Positions 39,950 to 51,808 of a stretch of 64,000 bases of DNA are shown here, piece by piece. The first letter of the stretch is position 1; every line of letters starts with the position of its first letter. The DNA comes from Rhynchobatus australiae. Lineage: Eukaryota. The notes under the pieces are model-generated. The model saw nothing but the letters and a program-made list of their open reading frames with translations. It did not search any database and was not told the origin of the DNA. The stretch covers positions 114,903,116-114,967,115 of the forward strand of contig JAUZTB010000064.1 of assembly GCA_034780895.1 (NCBI GenBank). Reading direction: 5' to 3'. The position numbers and the translations under genes were made by a program.

Positions 39950-40506
39950 CCCGAGGCGCAAATGTGGCAAAGTATGGACAACACCAAAGCTTGCGCTAAA
40001 AAGTGGCAAATAATTGTTAATGCCATACAATTGTCAGGATCTGATCATGTCGAAGAGAGAATCAGACCACTGTTCCTTGCCATTATCATAAACAGATCTT
40101 CAACCATCATTATTGATCAGAGCCACTGATCACTACGTACTGAGGCTGCATGCAGATCTCTGGCCGGGGCTTCCTGGAGCAAGTGACTCACCACCTGACT
40201 CCACAAATCCATTCCACCATCCACGTGACAATATCTGGAGCATAATGGAATATTTTTCATTTGCTTGCATAAATTTAGCACCAGCTGCATATCAGAAGAT
40301 TGATACTATTTGCAACAATGCCTGAACATTCACTGCTGGCACACCACAGCTGCAGTGCATATCATCTACGAAATGTCCTGTAACATTCACCAAAATTTCT
40401 TTGACAAAACCTCCCAATCCTGCAACCTTTCAATCTCTACTACCTGGAAAGTCAAGTCCAGTAGTTACAGTACATGGGAATTATCACCACCCACAAGTTC
40501 CCCTCC
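39950..40506 (+). mobile_element. Decayed CR1-group LINE fragment (same family as 12770-13800)
   Basis: aagtggcaaataat...tcacc...attgatcag...cagctgcagtgcatatcatctacgaaatg parallels 13270-13580. Confidence 0.55.
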
Positions 40507-40758
40507 NNNNNNNNNNNNNNNNNNNNNNNNNNNNNNNNNNNNNNNNNNNNNNNNNNNNNNNNNNNNNNNNNNNNNNNNNNNNNNNNNNNNNNNNNNNNNN
40601 NNNNNNTTTATTGCTTTAATATGAACAAATCTGAATCAATTTTATTTTAGTCCAAAGGTATCAAATGGAATGAGTAAATAGATAAAAAAATATTTTTTTT
40701 GATGCAATTTGAAACCAGCAAATAGCAAAACTTGACCAATCAAATCACTCAAATAATG

Positions 40759-40816
40759 TTAATATCGATTTTAATTTTAATATTGATTTTAATTTTAATG
40801 TTGACCTTAATTTTAA
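40759..40816 (+). repeat. 18-bp AT-rich tandem repeat (about 3 copies)
   Basis: ttaatatcgattttaatt / ttaatattgattttaatt / ttaatgttgaccttaatt. Confidence 0.8.
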
Positions 40817-41213
40817 GTTTTTTGAAAATATATTAATTCAATTATCACTAATATGGGAAAACTATTCAAATATTAATGATACCAAACAACATTCTTGAGA
40901 GTTACTTGCATCATATTGCAAATCTGTGTAAAATAATTTGCAAAATGACCATTCTGACTGATAAATAGTTCCCAGTTCATTCATAGATTCATATTGGTAT
41001 CATTAATTTAATTTGATAGTAATTACGCTTCATATCCATAAATCTAGGTAATGGAATCAACTTTGATACATTTAACTGCATACTTTCCATGGCCTCTGGC
41101 AATATGCTTTGCTAAAGTTCTTTAATCAAAGTGCTTAATGTGCGATCTCACCATTGTTTTATTGAGTGTTGTTATTTCCTTAGCTTTTTATACCTTGTGG
41201 ATTTATTCTGTAG

Positions 41214-41388
41214 GTTGTAGCTCGTGATGATGACCAAGGGCTAAATGGTCAGTTGGCTTACACAATTGTTGGTGGAAATGAAGAAGGAGCTTTTACTCTG
41301 ACATCCAGTGGACAGCTGAGCCTGGTTGTGAGCCTCGATCGAGAAACAACAGCACAGTTTGTCCTGACTGTCATTGCTACTGATGCAG
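41214..41388 (+). CDS. FAT4: Protocadherin Fat 4, internal coding exon (175 bp, phase 0-1); absent from the ORF track
   Basis: Acceptor ttattctgtAG|GTT and donor GCAG|GTAAAA. Translates VVARDDDQGLNGQLAYTIVGGNEEGAFTLTSSGQLSLVVSLDRETTAQFVLTVIATDA(G), continuing in frame from ...VSILQ. Confidence 0.93.
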
Positions 41389-42192
41389 GTAAAATCACCA
41401 AACTAGTCTGCATTTCAAAGTAGTTCACTCACACACTCTGCCATGTATATGTAAAATGATTTGGAATATATTAAAACTGAAGGTAAGTTTCTACTCCTGA
41501 CAAGAGTACAGATTAAAAAATCAGGTATCAAGATCAATGAGTCCAGTTTTCAGAACTCTGGATTTTCCAGGTGTTAGTATTTAAAGACTGAGATGAAATG
41601 AAGAACTGTGGGTCAGATATACTAGCCCCACCATGCTTGATTCTCTTGTCAGTCTTTCCGGCACCCCAGAAACAGACCTTTGAGAAATTGATCTTATGTT
41701 CAGTGAGAACTTCAAAGTTATCTTCCTTCGGAACCTTTTTTTTAATGTCAAAAGCAAGCAAAAAACAAATACATGCCATTAATATTTTCAAAATAGGTGA
41801 TTTGTCATTTCAGTTAAATGACTTGATGAAATTGTTATAATACCACAATTAAGCAGTTCACGGGAAAGTGTGTTTCTTTTGTCTTGTTGACTTCCATCTG
41901 GTTTGACTCTGACAACAGCTAATCCAGTTTATTGCTGCAGTGTGATGTCTTGCCTGCTACTATTAAATTGGGAAGCACAGTTTTCTGCTTCTTCATTTAA
42001 AAGATGGAAAATGAGTGTATGTCATTATCTAGACTATGATGTTTACCACTGCTGGGTAAGACTCCCTGGTGCTAAAGTAGACCTTCTATGGGTTAGGAAC
42101 AATGGAAAACTAAACTGTTTAGTATAAATCACTGTGTTTTGTTGTGTCAAGCAATCTGGGACTGCTCAACAAAAATAATGGACGTGTGGTTA

Positions 42193-42200
<8 letters not shown>

Positions 42201-42227
<27 letters not shown>
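42201..42227. repeat. (TA)n microsatellite
   Basis: About 13 TA units, preceded by (TG)4. Confidence 0.95.
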
Positions 42228-42231
<4 letters not shown>

Positions 42232-42236
42232 CCATT

Positions 42237-42489
42237 TGTGGCAAAAGAGAGAAAGAAGACTCAAAGTCGCTGGTGCTTGGTCAGAGCACATTTTTACTCA
42301 GAGTTGAAAACTGCGCGCTCGCATAAATACTCGCAACTCCACGCCAGACGTGACGTCAAGGACCCACGCCAGACGTGACCTTAAGGGCCTACTGGGAGGC
42401 CCGCTGCGTGCGCTCGCCACAACGCGCTACCATGTGGTTGTCCACGGCCACCGATGGCGGTTCGATCCCTGTGGGCCTGGGTCGCTATA
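42237..42489 (-). mobile_element. Young CpG-rich insertion, probable solo LTR
   Basis: Termini TGTGGC...GCTATA (imperfect TG..CA inverted ends). On the minus strand: CRE palindrome TGACGTCA, TATTTA box, AGTAAA polyA-like signal, in LTR order. Internal 16-bp direct repeat ccacgccagacgtgac. Confidence 0.6.
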
Positions 42490-43249
42490 TATATATGCCA
42501 TTGTAACATTCCAAAGCACTTAACACACTGAATTAGCTCACCACAAAATGGAAATGTAAGCACACACCAATACCAGACTGAATAACCTGTTGTCTGGTAA
42601 TAGTCCAGTGCAGATGAATACATGAAGCCAGTAATCTTTCTTTGCTTCAATGGATTGCTCCCACCTGGTATGATTTATCTGCAACTCTGCCACTTTTAAT
42701 ATTTTGATGTTACACCAGACATGGTAGGAATTGCTGGACAAACAAAAGAGACAGTTCATATGTTTTACCTTTTACTTAGCTGGGAGTTATGATAATAATG
42801 TAATTATTAATAATAGTGGAAATAGAAATATTCACTACTCGAAGCAAGTATCAAAATTGATTACCTTATTACAGAGCCAGAAAACAGCTGAGGAAAACCT
42901 CAGTGATGGACAGCTTTGGGTATCATTATTCAAAATCACCCATTCCTTTCCGACAATGCTAAATTTATGCTTTAAATGTTATGTTCTAAATTGTTATTTT
43001 CTGAAACAAATCTTATCTAATTCATTCCAGGTACATCTCGGAATGCATTTGAAAAATCTTTCTCAGCCCTGTAACCACAATACCTTTCTGTGCCTCTTGT
43101 TTCCTGTATTTATCATTTATTTGGTTGCCTCTCTTTTTCCATCTATGGTGTTTAACCACACGGCATAACTTCCCTGGGCAGGACCAATGTTGACAAATCA
43201 ACTTATCACAAAAGGAACAATTCTGCCAACAAGTTGACAATTTAAAAAA

Positions 43250-43560
43250 TCATATGGGATCCTTGAGTTTGTTAATAGAGAAATAAGTTACAAAAATAAG
43301 GAAGTTCTGCCAAAACTTTATACAACATAGTTGGATCTTAGCTGAAATATTTGGTTCATTTTTATACACCATACTTTAGGAAAGACGTCCAGGTGCAGAA
43401 GAAATTTGATAGACTAGTGCAAGAGATGAAGGGCTTTGGTTATGTGTAGAGACGAGAGAGATTGGAATTGTTCTCCTTTAAACAGAGAAGGCTGAGAGAA
43501 TAGTTGATAGAGATGTTCAAAAGTATGAAAGCTGTTGATAAAGTTGGGAGAGGCATTAGT
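43250..43560 (+). mobile_element. Old CR1 LINE fragment
   Basis: caccatactttaggaaagacgtcc...ggaattgttctccttt...agaaggctgagag corresponds to SPYFRKD...LGLFSLE.RRLR. Confidence 0.65.
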
Positions 43561-45049
43561 GCTGATAACCAAATGAGCCATGTTTAAATGATCAATAGCT
43601 GGGCCAGAAGCAAGAGAGCAAAAAATACTGCATCAATGCATTGTTCAGAAATTCTATTGCTTAATATTGTTTTATTTTCATCATTGTGCTCAATTCCAGT
43701 TGTGATTCACAATTACAGCATTTTAGAGTAGCTGATTCTACTTACAGCATCATATTGCACTTTCATTTGGTGGAAGTACATAGAATCCTGGAAAATCCTT
43801 TTCTGCTTTCTAATGGTGTTAAATAGCATTGTCTGCAACTCTGCATCTGTTCTGAAAAATCCCATAAAGCCTGTGTAATGTCTTGCAATATGAGTTTCAG
43901 CATAATTATTCTATTAATTCATTGCAAAATCACACAGGTATCAACACTTAATCTCACACCTGCAACCTAGAAAGCCAATAAATTCTTCTTGCTGTTGGAG
44001 AGTGCTGCTGGTTCAAGAATTGATGTTGTAACCATGGAAGAAGGGAGAGAGAGTGCTCTCATGGGCCCAGAGGGATATGGTAAAGAATATTACACAATGG
44101 AGTTGTGAAAGGGGATGGGGTGGNNNNNNNNNNNNNNNNNNNNNNNNNNNNNNNNNNNNNNNNNNNNNNNNNNNNNNNNNNNNNNNNNNNNNNNNNNNNN
44201 NNNNNNNNNNNNNNNNNNNNNNNNNNTGGTAACAGATAACATCAGCAGGTCTCCAACCTGAAGAAATGCAAAGATCAATTGCAAGAGGTTAGATAGGCTG
44301 AAACTAGAATTTAAAAAATGGAAAAAGAAACGTGATTAGAGTTAATCTTTTCTATTGATTATTTTGAGATATTTTTGGCACCTGTTGGAATTGAGGTAAA
44401 GTATCTTTGAAGTACAAGAAAAAAACCTCAAAATTAGAATAATTAGAACAAAGACTTTTTGTGTAGGTATCCATATTAGAAAACTATTAATGAACTGTAG
44501 ATGGATGAATTCCAGTGATTTTCTTGCATCCCAATCAAATGATGAATTTTGCAATCACTTGCCATTTTAAATATTGGTTAATAGCTACATGAGCCATTGT
44601 GGTCCATCAGCCAGTATTAGTTGCTAAAGCTCGGTTGCAATCTCTCACAATCTCTTATTATCTCTGGCCAATGCTTACAGTTTCTGGCCATCTTGTCAGT
44701 TGGAATTAGTCATATATTCGACAACAGGTTTCAAGCAATTTATAATCTCTCCTTGGATTTACAGTTCTGTCACCAGATTGGTAAAACATACAGTGATAAA
44801 TGCCAGGTTATCTGCTCAATCACAGCAGACCTCTCTTGCTGTTGTCATCTTCAATAACCTTGAGTGGCTTGAAAAGAGTTGATAGTGATGCAACTGGGTA
44901 TCTCGAGTTTATGGTTTAACTTCTTACACAGCAAGATGCATTTCAATAGAAAGTTCAGTCAGATAGACTATGCTCCTATGTGACACACAACATTTGTAAT
45001 GTCTATGTATTTTCTTTATCAATTCTATCAACTATCTATTAGTTTTATT

Positions 45050-45850
45050 GAGCCACATCTTCTCTTCCCCACCCTTTCCGCCTTCCACAAGGACTACTCC
45101 TTCCATGACTCCCTGGTCCGCTCATCCCTCCCCACTCACTCCTTCCTGACCCCTGGTATTTTCCCCGCAACGTTTGCTTTTACACCTCTTCCTTCACCAC
45201 CATCCAGAGACTGAAACAGCCCTTCAGGTGAGGTAAAGATTCACGTGTACTTCCTCCAACCTTGTCTACTGCATTCAGTGCTTCTCTACATTGGCAAGAT
45301 CAAGCACAGACTAGGTGACAGATTTGCAGAGCACCTGCACTCTGTCTGCAATGGCCATCCTGAGCTCCAGTTGCATGCCATTTCAACTCCCCTTCCTACT
45401 CCCACACCGACCTGTCTATCCTCGTCCGTCTCCACTGCCAGGGTAAGGCCCAAAGCAAACTGAGGATCAACACCTCATATTCCACTGGAATATTCAACCC
45501 AATGGACTGAACATTGAATTTTCCAATTTTAAATAGTGTTCCTCCCACCCCCAACCAATCCTCCCATTTTCATTCCCTTTCCCATATATCCCTCCAGTCC
45601 CCTTCTTCATCCCTACCTGGCTTGATCTGCCCATCATCCTTCACGCCTCCTCAGTCCACCTACCACCCATTCTTCCTCTTTTTTTACTGGCTATCTCCCC
45701 TCTCCATTCCAAGTTCTGATGTAGAGTTTCAAACAGAAATGTCGACAATTCCTTTCCTCCAACAGATGCTGCTTGACCCCTTTGAGTTCCTCCAGCAGAT
45801 TGTTATTGTTTGTGCTCCGGATTCCAGCTTCTGCAGTCTCTTGTATCTCT
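45050..45850 (+). mobile_element. Penelope-like element 3' part (GIY-YIG remnant + terminal repeat)
   Basis: ORF 45245..45463 LYIGKIKHRLGDRFAEHLHSV; terminal repeat gttctgatgtagag...gaaatgtcgac...ttccagcttctgcagtc. Confidence 0.88.
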
Positions 45851-48800
45851 TCTTCAGGTAAATTCTCCAACCCAAGTGGTTATGAACAGCTATACCTTTG
45901 TGGCAACATGGACTCCATGAGACATTCAACAATAGAGCACAATCAAAGGCTTCCTTAAGAACAGCTATCCTGAAGTTTGGAACTTATAAATTTGCACATG
46001 CAAATTCAGGAATCCTGAATTTACAGGAAACTGATGACAGTTACTCACAGGACTACCCAGGATGCCTGTAAACACAGGGCCACTTTTCTCAAGTAAAACC
46101 AGCATCCACTATTCAGTCATAGCTTGCCACCTTGTACAGCCAGCCCATCACACCGCCTTAGAAACACATGAACCATCACTTCTAATGCATCCAAATCCTC
46201 TTTGAATGTGCTCCATCTCCAACACAAGCGCATATGATTCACCTCATCCTTTGAACTGTCTTCTTCACAGAATTTTTGCATTGTTTCAGAACTTACTGTC
46301 TGCATTTAAACTCCACAATTTTCAATGTCTTTTTATCTGACATATGAATAATTTCATTTCTCGCATGCTATTTAGACAGTTGTTTTAGCTGAAATAACAT
46401 GCAGATGCTTCAGGGAGAATAAATGGTCCTTGCAAGTACAGTCTGTCTTTGAGGCAGTCTGAAGGGATTGTACATAAGACATTGTGAAGTGCTAAGAAAT
46501 GTCAAGCATATGCTTCTTTGACAAAAAATTGAACACAAGCCAGAATGCTGGGATGATCATTATTTTGAGTCTAGGTATTATTTAGATGGGTTTGGAAGTT
46601 GTGCTTAGTAAAGAAGCTGCAGTGGCTAATGAAATGTGCTTCCTCATTTTACATACCAATCTGTTCAGGTAGTTGCGTCTATTTCCATTGTTAATTTAGA
46701 AGGTAATAGTTCCCTTCTCTAAGTGCAGATTAGAACAGTGGAAATTTTGTTCTGATGTTCCTGCAGATGTCAGAGCATGTGCCTGGAGAGATGAACAAGT
46801 CATAATGTTTCTGTCAGTTTCTAATCACACAGAAAAAGAGCATTTTTATTGCTTTCAGCAGAATTTCAGATCCATCTAAAAACACGCTATTATTTCCCTC
46901 CATTGGTAATGCATTAAAGAACAAATTGAGTTTCTTCAGAAGTCATGTTAATACAATATCAGCATGAAAAGAAATTTACAACATTTAAGGAGCCTAGGTG
47001 TGAACTATTTCCTTGAAAGTTGCAATAAGGACTNNNNNNNNNNNTTTGTCTTATAAATATAATTGAAAGAATGTTTTCCCTCCCCACCCTTTTTTGTTTG
47101 CAGTCTAAATAAATTGTAGGATTACATCTTCAACAGTTCTGATTTCTGTGGAGATTTGCCAATTTAAGCCTCAAAATTGAAACAGCTATTTCTTTATGGA
47201 GTTAATTCATGCATTATTTTTATCTATTTGCAATTGTTTTTTTTCCCTTTCCTATTGCATGTAATCACAGTAATTCTTTCCTGTCAAACACCAAAAACTT
47301 GTCAATTGTGACAAGTACTTTATTTGTGCACTGACAATATGGTGTCAATTTTGGCATTTAATTGACTGTGCAGTGGAAACGCTAGCCAATCATCTATCTC
47401 AGCAACAAGGCCACATCTGTGGTTATACCTTCCTAGCAACCTTATCACTAAGTGGTATTCAGCATCCTGATGTAGATTGGGGTTTGGATGTCATGGTGGC
47501 ATCAGAGGCCAACTTACTTTGGCTGCGATGTGCATCACTCCTCTTTTATTATGGATCCTGTCCATCTTCTACTCCTCCTCCTCATCCAAAGAGACTCTGT
47601 CCTCTCTGGCTTCTTGTGCAGAGTACAGAAGACCACTACTATTCTGAAGAGTCTGGCTGGTATATTTTGAAAGGTAGTAACAGATCTGTCCATTCACCTA
47701 AAGACCACCTTCAACAAGCTGATCCTTTTTTTTTCAGACAGGTTATTTTCTTAGTTGGTGGCTTTTGTTTTATTGTTTCTGAGCCCCGTTGCTTCACAAG
47801 TTGTCATCTGCCATTTTTAAGAGTTTATGCCTTTGAATAACCAGTCCTAAAGTCGGTTCAGAGATGTGAAGAAGTCAAGGAGAGTGCTCTCCACATATGA
47901 ACTTGCATCAGGTATGGCAAGCAGGGACGTGCCTCACTCATCCCCCACCATCCCCGACAATCATCTAAACTAAATGTGTATTTATGATGTATGTGCACAC
48001 ATTTGTCCTGCAACATTAAGAATGCATATGGGTACCTCTTGAAAAGATGGTAAAACTAAAGTCCTGCACACCCCTGACCACACAGGAACAACCTCACCTG
48101 CAAAAAAGTCTTCTTCTGGGTACTGACCAGGCAGGTGATCAAAATGAAAGGCTTTGTGGTTTAGGTGTGCACCTCGTCGTACTATTTCAGCCAGTGACAT
48201 ATTGCACATGTGGGAAGCCAGCCAGAGCCGATACATGAGCTTCTGTGCTTTCTAATTGGCCTCACCCATAGATTTAGTTGCCTTGGAGATCTAGGCATCA
48301 GTCAGCTGTTTGATGCCTTTGTATGTTGCCCTCTGAGAACTTGCATAAGCCTGGAAGAGTGCCGGGGCATAGGTGTTGAAGAACAGACATTTTTGACAAT
48401 GACTCGAAAGGTGTGGCTACTAAGTAAAACAGGTACAGGTCTTGTTCCAGATGCTGTCAATGCACTGACATAATGAGCCTCCTCAGACATTGCTTTTCAA
48501 ACATCTTGAAGAAACAGTGTAGCAAAATGAAAAGTAGATCACTAATCACAATACCAGCAGGATGGCTGCACAAGTATGGAAATGGAATGAATACATCAGC
48601 TTTGAAAATCATGCAAGTACAATATCAGAAAGGCCTGTTCCCAGCCCTGGAGGCAGGGCAAGTTGAGTGGAGTGGGGTGGGGTGGTGTGAAGTGACCAGG
48701 AAATTTGGGCCAGACCATTTTTTATTGCACCTAGGTAACTCCTTGATGAAGGAATTATGTGTTGATTTCTCTAAATCAAGGGGGTGTGCTTGAGTAACAG

Positions 48801-48949
48801 GAAGCTCACCCTCCAGAGTCTGGATCGGTTACTGTGAATCTCACCCTCTCGGGCCTTGTGTAGATTACTGGAAATATAGTCCTCTGGAGTCTTGGAGATA
48901 TTACTGGGAATATCGTTTTCCTCTCTCCTCTTGATTGGCCCAGGTCCTC

Positions 48950-49460
48950 TCGCACACCTCTTTCTTTCCCAACCCAGCCTCTGTTACCCAGTTTCCCCAC
49001 CCCCATCTTGATTCAATCTTCCTATTACCTGCACTCTACTCATTCAGTCTCCCATCCACTCCCCTTCCTCCACTGTTATAATCTTCCCACAGTCCCTCCC
49101 TTATCTGGTTTCACTAGTCACCTTTTCTTATCAGATTCCATGATCTGAAGTCCTTGTTGTGTCAACTATTCACCTCCCAACCTCTGTCGCTATCTAACCT
49201 CTCCCTCCCCCACTTAGTTCCATCTGCCCATCAACTCTTCCTCATCTGGATCCACCTATCGCCTGCCAGCTCCTACCTTCCCCTTCCCCCTCATCTCTTT
49301 GTGCTGGCTATTTCCTCTTTACACACTCAGTCCTGATGCAGAGTCTCAACCCAAGACATGGACTATTCCTTTGCCTCCAGATGCTACCTGACTCGCTGAG
49401 TTCCTCTAACAGTTTGTTTATTGCTGCAAATGCCAGCATTTACAATCTACTGTGTCTCCA
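48950..49460 (+). mobile_element. Penelope-like element UTR + terminal repeat
   Basis: C/T-rich tract with tggatccacctatc, then cagtcctgatgcagagtctcaaccc...agatgctacctgactcgctgagttcctc. Confidence 0.75.
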
Positions 49461-50804
49461 CCAAAATAACAAATACAGAATATTGTTGGAACAGTTATTT
49501 GTGACTTCCTTGATCCACTGAGCTATAATGTATCCTTGAAACAGATGCTGAATTTATGGAGATGGATAAACAGGAAGAATTTGTATCCAGTCAGCTAAAG
49601 GGATGAGCTTAAAATAAAAAGGAGGAAAGTGTATGGCATATAGTTGGTTTAATCCACTTAAGGGAAAAAGAAGCAGCTTTGGAAAAGTAATTCTTTCACA
49701 AAAAACTCCAGGAGAATTATTAGAGAAACTTAACAACAAATTGTAACTTCAGGTGAAATGCATGAAAGAAATCAATGAAAATTGAAGGTATTCCAACTGT
49801 GTCCAATCCTGGAAGGCTCTGGCCTCCAGAAAGAAACTGTACAATATTTTGTTAAGTATCCTTGTGAATTGAAGGGTGTGGTTGGTTGGTGTACCAAAAC
49901 TCCTTGAAATGCTCAGTAGAACATTGAAATATATCCTAATTGTTACCCATAAGTGTTTAAAGGAGAAAATTAAAGTAAACTATTGCATGAAAACACTTTC
50001 ATTTACAATGTTTACGCAAGAAAATGTTTTCATTTAGTACAAAGAATAAGCACTAACTTTATTTATACTTGCATCATGCAACAAACAGGAAGTTGTCCTT
50101 TAAGACATTATTTGACAAAGCACAGCTGTTACTGGGTTTAAAATCTAATATTAACAATTAAGTGACTAGTCATTTGCTCCATTTGCACTGAATATATTTT
50201 TCACTATCGACAGTGTACTTGGAAAATAAGTTCCACATACCTTTGAATATGTTTGACTGGACCATGTGATGAAAAAATATTACTGAATCCAGATTAAATC
50301 GGTTCTATTTTCCATTTCATGCACAGTGTCACAACAAGTTTGATACAAAATATGATGACTAAAGATCTTATTAAATGGGCGAATATATTTCCTTCACCTT
50401 GATTGCCACTGATTTCAATCATTCACGATTACTCAATTAACAAAGCCTCTTTTATTTGAAAAGAGTTATCATTATCATTCTTTTAACTGCTGATCAAAGT
50501 GGTACTGACTGACACTTACAGGTTGGATTCACAGCCTTCGCTTGGATGATGGTCCTCAACTAGGTTGGAATGCATATGCCACAACTATCCATTTGATCAT
50601 CTGGCTAATTACCCAGTGTATGGGTGAATGCAGATTGAGTATAAAATTTATTCAGTTGTCAATCTTTTGCAACGAAGCAGCTGCTGAAGCAGAAAGGTAG
50701 GCTGGTCCAAGAACTTAGAGTTATTCCATTAATATGATCAACTGGAGTAGGTTAACCGTGTTTTCATTATTCTTGTGAAGTTTTCAGCCTTGGCACAGAA
50801 GCTG

Positions 50805-50945
50805 CAATCAGTTCTCTGACTCAGAAGTTTGTGGGTTCAAATCCCACTGCAGGGATATGTTCACATAATGTATGCTGACACAGTCCATTATATGCCAAGG
50901 AAAAGGAGTATTATCTTTTGGATAAGATATTATACCTTGACCCTG
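50805..50945 (+). mobile_element. Deu-SINE tRNA-derived head fragment
   Basis: ctctgactcagaagtttgtgggttcaaatcccactgcag...atcttttggataagatatta. Confidence 0.55.
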
Positions 50946-51024
50946 ACCTAAAAGTTCATTCCTGATCAGTCTTGCCCAATGCCCTAGGTAATAGCGGCTG
51001 TGCATTGTATTCTGCTCTGAACCT

Positions 51025-51808
51025 CAGATGGCGATGAGGAGACGTATAGAAGTGAGTTAGATTGGCTGGTTGAGTGGTGTCCAACAACAACCTCACACTC
51101 AACGTCAGCAAGACCAAGGAATTGATTGTGGACTTCAGGAAGGGGTGTTTGGGGAACACACACCACTCCTCATTGATGGTGAAAAGGATGAGCAGCTTCA
51201 AGTTCCTGGGTGACAGCATCTCAGAGGATCTATCTTGGGCCCAATGCATTGATGGAATCATGAAGAAGACATGCCGGCAGCTCTGCTTCATTAGGAGTTT
51301 GAGGAGATTTGGTATATCACCAAAGCCTCTTGCAGATTTCTACAGATGTACATTGGAGAGCATTCTAACTGCTTGCATCACGTCCTGGTATGGGGGCTCC
51401 AATGCACAGGATCGCAAGAGGCTGCAGAGGCTTGTAGACTCAGTCAGCTCCATTATGGGCACAACCTCCCCCCCTCTCCCCCCGGCTGTAGAGGACATCT
51501 TCAAAAGGCAGTGCCTCAAGAAAGCGGCATTAACAACCTTCTCCATCCAGAACATGCCCTCTTCATGTTACCACCATCAGGAGGAGGTACAGGAGCCTGA
51601 AGACCCACACTCAACATTTTAGGAAAAGCTTCTTCCCCTCCGCCATCAGATTTCTGAATGGTCTATGAACCCATTAACACTACCTCAGTATCCCTCTTTT
51701 GCACTATTTATTTATTTTTAAATTATAGTAATTTTTATGTTGCACTATATGGCTGCCGCAAAACAACAAATTTCACAACATATGTCAGTGATAATAAACT
51801 TGATTCTG
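51025..51808 (+). mobile_element. 5'-truncated Rex1/Babar-type LINE (RT C-terminus + 3' UTR)
   Basis: ORF 51074..51622 NNLTLNVSKTKELIVDFRK..FKFLG..ISEDLSW..FYRCTLESILTACITSWYG; tail cagtgataataaacttgattctga. Confidence 0.88.

Noticed and set aside
47860-48520. Cluster of overlapping 60-100 aa ORFs in slightly GC-richer DNA
   Set aside because: No recognisable domain, splice-site pair or terminal repeats; possibly old transposon debris.
51074-51622. 182-aa ORF as a possible host gene
   Set aside because: It is the C-terminal part of a 5'-truncated Rex1-type LINE RT and shifts frame near its end.
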